Part shown: piece after piece, positions 38,466 through 48,127 of the stretch
Numbering within the stretch: the stretch's first letter is position 1
How the letters are laid out: each line of letters opens with the position of its first letter
Assembly (NCBI GenBank): GCA_046590235.1
Contig: JBKJTY010000032.1
Coordinates: 6,834 to 70,833, forward strand
Source of the DNA: Candidatus Magasanikiibacteriota bacterium
Lineage (GTDB): Bacteria > Patescibacteriota > Patescibacteriia > Magasanikbacterales > GWA2-37-8
Length of the DNA stretch: 64,000 nt
Direction of reading: 5' to 3'
The notes under the pieces: model-generated
The model's database searches: none
Told to the model about the DNA's origin: nothing
The model's input: the letters and a program-made list of their open reading frames with translations, nothing else
Position numbers and translations under genes: made by a program

Positions 38466-40097
38466 ATGCCACACTTTACTGAGGAGGAGAAAAAACAATT
38501 GCTGAATTACGTAACAACGACTGAAGGTGATATTTTTGCTCTAAAAAACCTCCAAGGCATTGCTGGAGCAGTCTATGCTCGCTACAGTCGCGCGAAGACC
38601 GGCTTTCGTGAAACGCTTCTAAGAGAATTTATTGAAGCAGGCCAAATTGATGCGGTACATGCGAACGAGCTTATTGAACGCGTGCTTGTCGCCTACGGGG
38701 ATGATTCTGTCGGTGAACTTGAAGGGGCGCATGTTTCTTTTGAAAATATTTCAATTATTGCCACCAAAGAAATTGAAGACCGCCGTATTGGTGGCTCCCC
38801 TATTGAGAAGTCCACTCGCTATGTTTTCTTTGATGAAAAGGACGCAGAAGGAAAATATAAATACGTCCGTGAACCAAAAATTATGGCTTCACGTCATGCG
38901 GCCGCTTACGAGCAGACCATGGATTTTGTTTTTGACACTTACAGCAATCTTATCGAGCCAATGCAGCAATTTTATGCAGCACGCTTCCCCATCGAACAGG
39001 CTGAATACGATATCTTAGGTAAAGGTGGCAAACAGAAATTAGCTGATTTAACTGAGGAAAAAGACCTAAAATCATTTCGCATCACTTATAAAATCGACAT
39101 GAAGACGAAGGCGTGCGATTCACTGCGTTGTCTTTTACCGCTCGCAACTAAAACCAATGTTGGCATGTTTGGTAACGGACGTTACTTTCAGATGCTTATC
39201 TCACACCTTATTAGCACACCCTATCCAGAGGTTGTTACTATCGGTGAAAACACAAAAACAGAATTATCTAAACTTATCCCCCAATACGTTCGCCGTGCAG
39301 CCAAAAAAGAATATACCATAATCGTTGAGGAAAACATGAAGGCTTTGACTGCCGAACTTTTCAAAGGGATTAAAGCTAATCCAGCTGAATCGGTAGCTAT
39401 CGTACCAAACGAACAAGTTCACAACGAAACTTCTCTTGTTGCGCACATGCTTTACGCTTATGCCGAACTGCCGTTTGCCCAAATTTATAGTTTTGTCGCT
39501 TCACAAGATCAGGCCACAATTGACCGTATCAAGGCAACCTATGTTGGGGCGCGTAAAACACGTCGTGATCGCCCTGGTCGCGCGCTTGAAGCAGGCTACA
39601 CCTACACTGTCGATCTTTTTGCTGACTACGGAACTTACAAGGACTTAGAGCGCCACCGCATGACCACCCAATTACGCCAACCATTCAGCCCACGTCATGG
39701 CATGGTTGTGCCAACTGACATTACTGCCGCCGGTTTTGAAGAAACCGTTTTGAACGTTCATAAAAAAATTGAAGAAGTGTACGAAACCATTTTTGCTGAC
39801 CTCGGCGAAGTCGCCTCATACATTACTTTGCATGGTACCCGTGTACGTTGGATAATGGGCTTTAACGATCGTGAAGCTATGCACCTCCTTGAGCTCCGCA
39901 CTGCTAAACAAGGCCACCCACAGTATCGCAAACTTTGCCAACAGATTCACAGAGCAATTGCCGCAATTGATCCATGGCGCGCAAGCATCATGCAGTTTGT
40001 AGACCACAATGATTATGATAGCGCACGCGGCGACAGTGAAGCTCGTCAACGCGTAAAAGAACGTGAGCTTGATGAAAAATTCTCTAAATCCGTCTAG
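38466..40097 (+). CDS. thyX: Flavin-dependent thymidylate synthase ThyX-like, tandem-duplicated (543 aa)
   Basis: Two ThyX-like halves: N-half has degenerate motif EDRRIGGSPIEKSTRY, C-half has ERHRMTTQLRQPFS; LLPLATKTNVGMFGNGRYFQML resembles the ThyX VLPLNLYT helix; dUMP-to-dTMP gene context. Confidence 0.5.
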   Translation: MPHFTEEEKKQLLNYVTTTEGDIFALKNLQGIAGAVYARYSRAKTGFRETLLREFIEAGQIDAVHANELIERVLVAYGDDSVGELEGAHVSFENISIIATKEIEDRRIGGSPIEKSTRYVFFDEKDAEGKYKYVREPKIMASRHAAAYEQTMDFVFDTYSNLIEPMQQFYAARFPIEQAEYDILGKGGKQKLADLTEEKDLKSFRITYKIDMKTKACDSLRCLLPLATKTNVGMFGNGRYFQMLISHLISTPYPEVVTIGENTKTELSKLIPQYVRRAAKKEYTIIVEENMKALTAELFKGIKANPAESVAIVPNEQVHNETSLVAHMLYAYAELPFAQIYSFVASQDQATIDRIKATYVGARKTRRDRPGRALEAGYTYTVDLFADYGTYKDLERHRMTTQLRQPFSPRHGMVVPTDITAAGFEETVLNVHKKIEEVYETIFADLGEVASYITLHGTRVRWIMGFNDREAMHLLELRTAKQGHPQYRKLCQQIHRAIAAIDPWRASIMQFVDHNDYDSARGDSEARQRVKERELDEKFSKSV

Positions 40098-40099
40098 CT

Positions 40100-40816
40100 A
40101 TGAAGAAAGGTTGTTACATCATGATTGATGGAATAGATGGCAGCGGGAAAGATACTGTTGCCAACTCATGGAAGGATTTTTTAAGCAAAGAAGGAAACGC
40201 GCTTTTTGATCTACGTGAATACTGGAAAAAGAATGGGACCTACCCAGATTTTAACGAATTAAAATCGTATGATTTTATATTTACCGCAGAACCTACGTAT
40301 GTCGGAGTGGGTAAAGTTATTCGTGAAGAACTAACCCGTAACGGCACTAACTATCCAGATATCGCCATTGCACATGCATTTTCACTTGATCGGCTTGTGC
40401 ATTACCATAAAATTATTATTCCAGCTCTTAAAGAAGGTAAATGTATTATTCAGGTTCGCGGTGTTAGCACCTCACTCTGTTACCAAGCTGTTTCAAGCGA
40501 TCTTAGCCTTGAACTTATCGCTTCTTTACCAGGCAACAGTTTAGCTTTAGAGCATCGCCCTGATCACCTGGTTCTAATGGACGTAACTCCAGAAATTACT
40601 CTACGTCGTTTAGGCATGCGAGCTGAAAAAGATGATAATGCCATCTTCGAAAAAAAGGACTTTCTTGATAAAGCCAATAAAATGTTTAGCAATCCTACTT
40701 ACCAGTCTCTTTTCACTTCACGTGGCAGTATGATTCATTATTTGCCAGCAGAGGGCGAAATTGATACAATGAACGCGAAAGCGCACGCTTTATTAACTTC
40801 ACTTATCACACCATAA
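40100..40816 (+). CDS. tmk: Thymidylate kinase-like (dNMP kinase family)
   Basis: IMIDGIDGSGKDT P-loop typical of Tmk; LDRLVHY / CYQA DRY-like region; 238 aa. Confidence 0.55.
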   Translation: MKKGCYIMIDGIDGSGKDTVANSWKDFLSKEGNALFDLREYWKKNGTYPDFNELKSYDFIFTAEPTYVGVGKVIREELTRNGTNYPDIAIAHAFSLDRLVHYHKIIIPALKEGKCIIQVRGVSTSLCYQAVSSDLSLELIASLPGNSLALEHRPDHLVLMDVTPEITLRRLGMRAEKDDNAIFEKKDFLDKANKMFSNPTYQSLFTSRGSMIHYLPAEGEIDTMNAKAHALLTSLITP

Positions 40817-40819
40817 ATT

Positions 40820-41605
40820 ATGCTTATTAGCATTTCGGAACTCATGAGTAAAAGCTGGGAAATTTATAAAGCAAATTTCAAACGCTTTTTACCTTACATG
40901 TTCCTTTTATTTGCGCCAAGCCTCGTCATGATGGCGGGTGCTTTTGGGCTTGATTATTTGGAACAATACTCTATCAGCACGGGCGCTGGCGCTGGAATTA
41001 GCGTTGCCCTCATGATTATTCGGTTAGTTCTGGTGCTTTGGGTAAGTGTTTCCATTATGAAATTTGTTGGTACATTTATTAAAACATCAACTTTTTTGTC
41101 ATGGCGCGAATCGTTTGGACTTACTGCAGGACTTTTATTAGCATTAATAATTAATGCTATATTAGCTTTTATCGCTTTTTTCTTTGGCTTCCTTCTCTTA
41201 ATTATTCCTGGCATCATAATCTCAACTTGGTTGGTATTTACTACAAGTGAAGTAGTCTTCAATAAACAAGGGAGTGGTTTAGTGGATGTCGGTGCGCTAT
41301 CTCGCAGTAAACAATTGGTTAAAGGGCGTTGGTTTGATATCTTCTTTGCATTCTATATACCACCATTTATCTTTGGTCTTATCTTCGGTGTAATTAACAT
41401 TGTTTTAGTAATCACCTTCTCTTTGCTTGGTTCTCTCATCTCTACAACAACTGGCGTTTTGGTCGGAGAGGTTGTCGGAGCTATTGGTGGTGCTATTTTC
41501 GCTCCACTTCCAATTATTTCTACTGTCTTACTCTATTTCAGCGCAAAAGAAAATCCAGTTGCTTTGCCTACTCCATCGGCGCCAAGTGCTCCAAAAGCAG
41601 CATAA
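40820..41605 (+). CDS. Hypothetical polytopic membrane protein
   Basis: 261 aa, ~6 hydrophobic helices, Ser/Ala/Pro-rich tail. Confidence 0.6.
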   Translation: MLISISELMSKSWEIYKANFKRFLPYMFLLFAPSLVMMAGAFGLDYLEQYSISTGAGAGISVALMIIRLVLVLWVSVSIMKFVGTFIKTSTFLSWRESFGLTAGLLLALIINAILAFIAFFFGFLLLIIPGIIISTWLVFTTSEVVFNKQGSGLVDVGALSRSKQLVKGRWFDIFFAFYIPPFIFGLIFGVINIVLVITFSLLGSLISTTTGVLVGEVVGAIGGAIFAPLPIISTVLLYFSAKENPVALPTPSAPSAPKAA

Positions 41606-41620
41606 TCAACCATCTATATA

Positions 41621-41647
41621 AACCCGCTACTCAGCGGGTTTTTTGTA
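41621..41647 (+). terminator. Rho-independent terminator
   Basis: aacccgctactcagcgggttttttg. Confidence 0.7.
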
Positions 41648-41699
41648 TTGCCAAAAGAAACGGGAGATGTTACCCTATGAGCGTATCTTATACCTTTTT

Positions 41700-43226
41700 A
41701 TGCCTAAACTTATCCCGATTATCGGTCTTGAAATCCATGTTGAATTGAAGACTAAATCAAAAATGTTTTGTTCGTGCGCAAATAACCCATTTATCGACAC
41801 ACCAAACATTAATATCTGCGAAGTCTGCCTAGCACATCCTGGCACGCTACCTGTTCCTAACAAAGAAGGTATTATTTGGGCTATGAAAGTAGCCAAAGGT
41901 CTTGGTTGCACCATTAATGAGCTCTGTAAATTTGACCGAAAACACTATTTTTATCCTGATTTACCAAAGGGTTACCAGATTTCTCAGTTTGACCAGCCGA
42001 TTGGCGAACATGGCAAAATCGAGCTCAGCTTTCCAGATGGCAAAAATCATCGCCAAACGGCCCTAATCGGCGTTACGCGTGTTCATTTGGAAGAAGACAC
42101 AGCCAAGCTCAATCACGGCACTGGAGGCGTTTCCTTGGTAGATTTTAATCGTGCAGGTGTTCCACTTGTTGAAATTGTTTCAGAACCTGATATTCAAAGT
42201 GCTGCTGAGGCCAAAGCATATGGCCAAGAATTACAAATGATCTTCCGCTATCTTGGCGTCAGTGATGCTGACATGGAAAAGGGGCAGATGCGCTGTGAGG
42301 CTAACATCTCACTTCAAGAAGAAGGTTCTTATGTTAATGAAAATGGCATGATTAAGCCGTTGCCAGGCCGCACGCTTCATCCAAAGGTTGAGGTCAAAAA
42401 CATCAATTCTTTCCGTGCTGTTGAAAAAGCGATTGAATTTGAAATAAAACGTCAGACCGACATGATTGAAAAAGGCGAAGGCTGGCGACAGGAAACACGT
42501 GGCTGGGATGATGTAAAACAAGGTACCGTTCACCAACGCTACAAAGAAACATCTGCTGATTATCGCTATTTCCCAGAACCAGATATTCCTCCATTTAGAC
42601 CATTTGACCTCTCACCTACAATTGCAACCGGTGAAATGCCTATCGAACGTCGAAAGCGCTTTTTTGCTGAATATGGTTTTTCCATGGCTGATGCTTATCT
42701 TTTAACCTCCGATAAACATTGGGCGGAGTTTGTAGAACACACCATGAGCGAACTCGACGCATGGCTTGAAACTTTGTCCGAAAAGAAAGATCGTACAGAG
42801 GTCGCTCGCCTAGCAGGTGGTTGGATCACCACCAAACTCATGGGTGCAATGAACGAACGTAAGATTGATATTCGTGTACTCAAAATTAAACCAGAAAATT
42901 TTGCAGAGCTTATCGCGCTCATCTCTTCAAATCGTGTTAACTCTACCAACGCGTCAAAGATTTTGATTGAAATGCTTGAATCCGGCGTTGATATGGACCC
43001 AACGCATATTATGGAAGAAAAAGGTTACGGCCAAATTAGCGACCCTGCTAAATTAACTGCCGTAGTCGATGAAGTTATTAGTAACAACCCACAACAAGTT
43101 GCTGCTTTTAAAGCTGGCAAAGAACCCCTTATTAAATTTTTGATTGGCATGGCCATGAAAGCCACCGAAGGCAGCGCTGACCCGGTTGTCGTTGAAACAA
43201 TGTTGCGTGAAAAACTCAAAGTATAA
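41700..43226 (+). CDS. gatB: Asp-tRNA(Asn)/Glu-tRNA(Gln) amidotransferase subunit B
   Basis: IIGLEIHVELKT...FCSC, GatB; ORF-track start 41643 is TTG; ATG 41700 (MPKLIPIIGLE) fits GatB N-terminus; ATG 41667 also possible. Confidence 0.85.
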   Translation: MPKLIPIIGLEIHVELKTKSKMFCSCANNPFIDTPNINICEVCLAHPGTLPVPNKEGIIWAMKVAKGLGCTINELCKFDRKHYFYPDLPKGYQISQFDQPIGEHGKIELSFPDGKNHRQTALIGVTRVHLEEDTAKLNHGTGGVSLVDFNRAGVPLVEIVSEPDIQSAAEAKAYGQELQMIFRYLGVSDADMEKGQMRCEANISLQEEGSYVNENGMIKPLPGRTLHPKVEVKNINSFRAVEKAIEFEIKRQTDMIEKGEGWRQETRGWDDVKQGTVHQRYKETSADYRYFPEPDIPPFRPFDLSPTIATGEMPIERRKRFFAEYGFSMADAYLLTSDKHWAEFVEHTMSELDAWLETLSEKKDRTEVARLAGGWITTKLMGAMNERKIDIRVLKIKPENFAELIALISSNRVNSTNASKILIEMLESGVDMDPTHIMEEKGYGQISDPAKLTAVVDEVISNNPQQVAAFKAGKEPLIKFLIGMAMKATEGSADPVVVETMLREKLKV

Positions 43227-43229
43227 TAT

Positions 43230-43571
43230 ATGTCTGAGCTATCACCACAATTTGAAAGGGGTAATTTTGAAATGGAGCTTTTAAGCCGTCTGGACGATGT
43301 GAATGACGAACATATCGAATCATTCCGTAACAGCCTTCAACCGATTTTTGCTAAGAATTTTGACCGCCTGTCGGAAGAAAAAAAGATGATTATTTCAAGT
43401 TTAGCCGACTTACCCTTTAATAAGTTGCGATCTCTTGTCGATATAGTTACTACGTCTGACGGTAAGAAATTGGATTCAATGGGCATCCACGATTTAAAAG
43501 GTGCGCTACAGCTTGTTGCCATCTACAAGGAAGGTCGCAAAGATACGGACATCCTAAATCAAGCTGCGTAA
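43230..43571 (+). CDS. Hypothetical protein, paralog 1 of tandem pair
   Basis: 113 aa; shares FRNS...LS.EK....L......L......L.G..L.....IY pattern with next gene. Confidence 0.55.
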   Translation: MSELSPQFERGNFEMELLSRLDDVNDEHIESFRNSLQPIFAKNFDRLSEEKKMIISSLADLPFNKLRSLVDIVTTSDGKKLDSMGIHDLKGALQLVAIYKEGRKDTDILNQAA

Positions 43572-43578
43572 ATATCTT

Positions 43579-43887
43579 ATGCCAAACCATTCTCGCGAAA
43601 CTAAATCACAAATGCCTTTTGATTTTGCATTAGTATCAACTGCTTCAGCTATTACACCGGAGGATCTTAGGAAATTTCGTAATTCAATTGCAGAAAAGTA
43701 CCAGTTACTATTTGATGAAATGGCACCCGAGAAACAACGACTCATGACTACATTAGACATGATGTCAAAAGAAGAACTTGATGCATTTATCGAGCTATCG
43801 ACAGATAGTAAGAATTTGAGCTTAACTGGTGCAAATGAATTAAACAACATTCTTCAAGTTTTGTTAATTTATCGTGAAAAAGTTTAA
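43579..43887 (+). CDS. Hypothetical protein, paralog 2 of tandem pair
   Basis: 102 aa, similar helical pattern to 43230-43571. Confidence 0.55.
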   Translation: MPNHSRETKSQMPFDFALVSTASAITPEDLRKFRNSIAEKYQLLFDEMAPEKQRLMTTLDMMSKEELDAFIELSTDSKNLSLTGANELNNILQVLLIYREKV

Positions 43888-43899
43888 AACTAAAGTAAT

Positions 43900-43931
43900 A
43901 AAAAAGCTCTACACCAGGTAGAGCTTTTTTA
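43900..43931. terminator. Bidirectional terminator
   Basis: aaaaagctctacaccaggtagagctttttt. Confidence 0.7.
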
Positions 43932-43932
43932 T

Positions 43933-44514
43933 TTATCGAATATTTCGCAAAGCTTCACGCAGTAACTGCTCGCTATTTTTTCCCTTCGTATCAAGCTTGT
44001 TTACTACATCTCGCGCCTGTAAAACTGAGTAGCCGAGTGTTACCAACCCGTCAATAACATCACTGATTGCGTCATTAATCACCGGCATGCTAATACCACT
44101 ATCTTTCAGCCCCTTCGCGACTTTTGATTTAAGATCCACGACAATGCGTTCTGCGGTTTTTTTACCAATACCACTGACTTTAGTGAGATATTCAACATCT
44201 CCTCGGCCAATCGCCATAGTAGTTTCTTCAACACTGCCAAGCTCTAATAGATGGAGCGCGGTCTTTGGACCAACACCATTTACTGTTAAGAAGTTTTTAA
44301 ATAATGCTTTTTCAGCACCGTTCGCGAAACCAAATAATGTATGCGCATCTTCTTTGATGGACAAGAATGTCTCGAGCATTACGTCATTCCCTACAGTAGC
44401 CAGGTTAAATGCTGTCGGACTGACAAGCAATCGATAACCAACTCCACCGGTTGTCATTATTACCATTTCACCGTTAAATTTACTAACGATTTTTCCTTGT
44501 AGCAATGCGATCAT
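43933..44514 (-). CDS. ruvA: Holliday junction DNA helicase subunit RuvA
   Basis: MIALLQGKIV...GVGYRL, HhH motifs GVGPKTA and GIGKKTAERI. Confidence 0.9.
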   Translation of the reverse strand: MIALLQGKIVSKFNGEMVIMTTGGVGYRLLVSPTAFNLATVGNDVMLETFLSIKEDAHTLFGFANGAEKALFKNFLTVNGVGPKTALHLLELGSVEETTMAIGRGDVEYLTKVSGIGKKTAERIVVDLKSKVAKGLKDSGISMPVINDAISDVIDGLVTLGYSVLQARDVVNKLDTKGKNSEQLLREALRNIR

Positions 44515-44516
44515 AC

Positions 44517-45488
44517 TTATTTCTTTTTACCCTTGTTTCGACTAACACGGATTAAGCCGCCGCACGGAACGATTTCAATCCCCTGTTTTTCTAGTTCATC
44601 TAACCATATGTTCATACCGAGTGAATCCGAAGCCATGTGCCCAGTGATAATAACATTTAAATTAGTATCGCTTGCCTTCTGGATTGCATCTTCTTTCATA
44701 TGCATACCAATCACAGTGCTAACACCGTAATTTGATAATGGCTGATACACTTTACTTGATGGGTTGGTGCCACCAGTCATTTCTACATACCATTTTCCAA
44801 CTCGGTGATGACCACTTCCAGCTACCATTTTTGGTCCAGCGTTATATTTCTTAGTGATTTTGTATTCAGGCTCTTCCAGTACAGCATCGAGAATGTCACT
44901 GATATAATATGGCTTCTTTTTTTCAAAGAGTTTTATAAGATAATCGTTTACCATGTTATCCGTAATCGTGTGTGTCGACATAAAATTAACACCTAAAAGA
45001 CGAGCTGCGTCGACCACAGCAAAGTGATTGGCAGGATGAACATTGCGACCCACCTCTCGGACGCGTTCCTCAAACATCTTTTCAGCAATATGCACCGGCA
45101 CACCCATTTGTTCGTAGACTTCCACAGTCATACCCATGACTTCGTGTAAATTTGCTAAAGCTTTTCCAACCGGGTGATGGGTAATAACTAAATCAATCGG
45201 CTTACCCGTTTCACCAAGCTTTTTAGCTAGCAGCAGATCGCTAATACCGATGTCGATACCAGCCATAACACGCTTAACCTTGGTTTTACCATCATCAACA
45301 TGGATTCCGCAATCTAAATAGGGATTTGTGAGACGATCAACATCATAATACTCTCTATCTTCTGGTTTGAGCTTAGCGTATGCCTTTTTTGCCCGTTCTA
45401 GTTGCTTTTCGGCAGCTTTTTTACCCCGTGGATCATGCTCCATTCCGAGTCTTACTCCAAGATCAAAGATTTGCTGTACAGTCATCAT
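44517..45488 (-). CDS. Nif3-like dinuclear metal centre protein (YbgI/YqfO family)
   Basis: LVITHHP near N-terminus and ITGHMASD near C-terminus are typical Nif3 metal-ligand motifs; 323 aa. Confidence 0.5.
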   Translation of the reverse strand: MMTVQQIFDLGVRLGMEHDPRGKKAAEKQLERAKKAYAKLKPEDREYYDVDRLTNPYLDCGIHVDDGKTKVKRVMAGIDIGISDLLLAKKLGETGKPIDLVITHHPVGKALANLHEVMGMTVEVYEQMGVPVHIAEKMFEERVREVGRNVHPANHFAVVDAARLLGVNFMSTHTITDNMVNDYLIKLFEKKKPYYISDILDAVLEEPEYKITKKYNAGPKMVAGSGHHRVGKWYVEMTGGTNPSSKVYQPLSNYGVSTVIGMHMKEDAIQKASDTNLNVIITGHMASDSLGMNIWLDELEKQGIEIVPCGGLIRVSRNKGKKK

Positions 45489-45565
45489 ACTTTTACAATT
45501 ATTATCAAGCTATTTGCTCTTAATAGTAGAGAAAAATAGCCGCGCTGTCAAACCTTCTTTATGAT

Positions 45566-45594
45566 TGACAAAACCACCTCTTTTTGGTATACTG
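45566..45594 (+). promoter_or_regulatory. sigma70 promoter TTGACA-17-TATACT driving the ATP-grasp/Fem locus, 140-nt leader
   Basis: ttgacaaaaccacctctttttggtatact; leader ends in hairpin agctatcattcatagct plus T7 at 45703-45726 just before ATG. Confidence 0.5.
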
Positions 45595-45734
45595 TCCACG
45601 TGTGAAACATGCTACCTTTTACAGTACAGTGTTCAACACTACGATACAATTTCAGTCTATCCCTGGTATCTATTTTTTGGCTAGGATAAGGTAAATTATA
45701 CAAAGCTATCATTCATAGCTTTTTTTATTTCATT

Positions 45735-48122
45735 ATGGAATTAAAGGAACAAAATGGCTTAGCGGGTCACACAATACTTGTTGTCCACGCTGGCAGTCCT
45801 AGCAAGCGATTTATCATACACAAACTCAAGAAATTGGGTTTGCATATCGTTTGTTTGAACAAAGAGAAGGTCGCTTCCCTCCAACCGTATGTTGACCACT
45901 GGATTATTGCTGATTTAAACAATAAAAAAGAAAGCTTGGAAGCAGTAAAAATGTTTCGCGCCTCACACCCGAAAGTCGCCATGGAAGGTGCTGTTACTTT
46001 TTGGGATGAAGCGGTTTTGCTGACCTCTCAAATTACTGATATGTTCAACTGGATCGGTATTCCTTTTGAAATTGCAAATCGTGCTAAAAATAAATATCTC
46101 TTCCGTGAATTTTGTCATCAGAACAACATTCCTGCACCAAAACACAAAATGTTTTCAGGTAAAAAGTCTATTGCTAAAGTTGAGAAAGATCTCAGCTACC
46201 CAATGGTCATGAAACCTATTTACGGTGCTGTCAGTTACTTCGTTGTTAAAGTGGCCAACCGAAAAGAAGTTGAGGAGACCTACGAATATATTAAAAATAA
46301 TATTAAATCCAACTGGCTTGCCCCTGAATGGGAAAGTTTTGATTTATTAGTGGAAGAATACGTTGATGGTGACGAGGTTGATATCGATATCATTCTTCAA
46401 AACGGTAAAATCAAGTTTTACTCTATTTCTGATAACTTCAATAAGACTCATGAACGCTTTTTCCTTGATAGCGGACAAGCTGTTCCTTCTGGTCTACCAG
46501 AAACGGATCAACAAAAAATGATTGATAACGCCGAAGAAGTTATTGAGAAGCTTGGCATCCAAAACGGTATCATCCATTTTGAAGCTAAAATTTCTAAAGG
46601 TGTCTCCTACCCTATCGAAGTGAACTTGCGCATGGGTGGAGATTATATTTATTCCTACCTAAAAGGTGCTTGGGGCGTCGACTATGTTGAATACGCCGCA
46701 AAAATTGCGCTTGGTATCCATATTAAGAAAATTGAAAAGACAGCTCCTCGTAAATACATTGTTGGCTGGGACTTACAGCCTGAATACTCCGGTATTTTGG
46801 TTGAGCTCGATGTTAACGAAGAATTAAAGTTGAAAAAATACTTAGAAGACATGCAGCTCTTTAAAGAAATCGGAGACCCTGTTCTTCACCCGCCCGAGGG
46901 TTACGAAAGTTTAGGCTGGTTAACTGTTTCTGGTGATAACTTGCTTGATGCACAAGATAACCTTCGTGAGGCTTTGACGTTTATCCGTTATAAAATCGCG
47001 GAGTTCAACGAAGAATCTTCGCTTGGTAAAACGGACCGCAAGAGCCGCTTGTCTGCCGCTGTCATGAAAAAAGATTTATTGTTGCAAGTCGCTAAGATTG
47101 AAAAGGTGCGTCATATTTCTCTCAAAGACCAGCGTCGTTTACATATTGGTATCGCTGCAAACATAGCTAACCATAAAATGAATATTGACCAAGGTCTTTC
47201 TGCGCTTGAAATTGAAAAGAAGTTACGCGAGCTTGGTTATTACACTACCTTGCTCGATTTCAATAGCTTGTCTAAGACTTTTTATAAGCTTAACCATAGC
47301 GATATTGATTTGGTACTCAATTTAACTGAGGGTATCAACAACGATGAAACACTTAAACCACAAGCGACGGCAATGTTGGAGAGCCTCCATATTCCGTTTA
47401 CAGGTACCAATTCGATCAACCTAGCGCTTTGCAATGATAAAATTCGCATGAAGAAACTGCTTAGTTACCACAGTATCCCGACAGCGAAATGGGACTACGC
47501 GTACACCATGAACGATACCATCAATCCGGAATTACGTTATCCGCTGATTGTAAAACCAGGTAATACCGATGACTCCATTGGTATTACGAATGCTTCCGTT
47601 GTTACCAATAAAAAACAACTGGAAAAACAATTGAAGAAAATCATTGTCGATCTGGGCCGCCCGGCACTTGTAGAGGAATATATTGAAGGCGATGAATTTG
47701 TTGCCCACATTATCGGCAACAGTAGTCATGACTTACGCGTCTTACCACTCTCACGCTCTACTTTTGGTAAAATGCAAAAAGGCTATTGGCACATCTTTAC
47801 TCGTGAAAGTCGCGAAAAATCTAACAAGGCCTATGACCGCGTAGTCACACAGTACCCAGCGAAAAATATTAGTGAAAAATTACAGGCGCTTATCACTGAA
47901 ATTGCTCTTGATACCTATCAAATCATGCGCTGTCGCGATTACGGCCGCGTTGAAATTCGCATTGATAAGGACGATAACCCATATGTGCTTGAAGTTGACC
48001 CTAATCCAGTGGTTGATAGCCACTCCCCGTTCATCAAGACTGCCAAACTGATCGGCATGGACTATGGCAATGTGCTTGAAGAAATTATTGGCGTTGCGAT
48101 TAAGCGATTCCAGAAAAAATAA
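45735..48122 (+). CDS. Fusion protein with two ATP-grasp ligase domains (C-terminal domain D-Ala-D-Ala-ligase-like)
   Basis: N-half: ATP-grasp pattern (SYPMVMKPIYGAVSYFVVKV, EEYVDGDEVDIDII, IHFEAKI..IEVNLRMGGD); C-half: Ddl-like (RYPLIVKPGNTDDSIGI, EEYIEGDEF, CRDYGRVEIRIDKDDNPYVLEVDPNP). Confidence 0.7.
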   Translation: MELKEQNGLAGHTILVVHAGSPSKRFIIHKLKKLGLHIVCLNKEKVASLQPYVDHWIIADLNNKKESLEAVKMFRASHPKVAMEGAVTFWDEAVLLTSQITDMFNWIGIPFEIANRAKNKYLFREFCHQNNIPAPKHKMFSGKKSIAKVEKDLSYPMVMKPIYGAVSYFVVKVANRKEVEETYEYIKNNIKSNWLAPEWESFDLLVEEYVDGDEVDIDIILQNGKIKFYSISDNFNKTHERFFLDSGQAVPSGLPETDQQKMIDNAEEVIEKLGIQNGIIHFEAKISKGVSYPIEVNLRMGGDYIYSYLKGAWGVDYVEYAAKIALGIHIKKIEKTAPRKYIVGWDLQPEYSGILVELDVNEELKLKKYLEDMQLFKEIGDPVLHPPEGYESLGWLTVSGDNLLDAQDNLREALTFIRYKIAEFNEESSLGKTDRKSRLSAAVMKKDLLLQVAKIEKVRHISLKDQRRLHIGIAANIANHKMNIDQGLSALEIEKKLRELGYYTTLLDFNSLSKTFYKLNHSDIDLVLNLTEGINNDETLKPQATAMLESLHIPFTGTNSINLALCNDKIRMKKLLSYHSIPTAKWDYAYTMNDTINPELRYPLIVKPGNTDDSIGITNASVVTNKKQLEKQLKKIIVDLGRPALVEEYIEGDEFVAHIIGNSSHDLRVLPLSRSTFGKMQKGYWHIFTRESREKSNKAYDRVVTQYPAKNISEKLQALITEIALDTYQIMRCRDYGRVEIRIDKDDNPYVLEVDPNPVVDSHSPFIKTAKLIGMDYGNVLEEIIGVAIKRFQKK

Positions 48123-48127
48123 GCTTT

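Noticed and set aside
45600-45734. Shared UGGUAUC heptamer between the ATP-grasp leader and the ileS leader as evidence of a common T-box
   Set aside because: A 7-mer is expected several times by chance in 64 kb; the ATP-grasp leader lacks the flanking A1/A2 helices seen in the ileS leader
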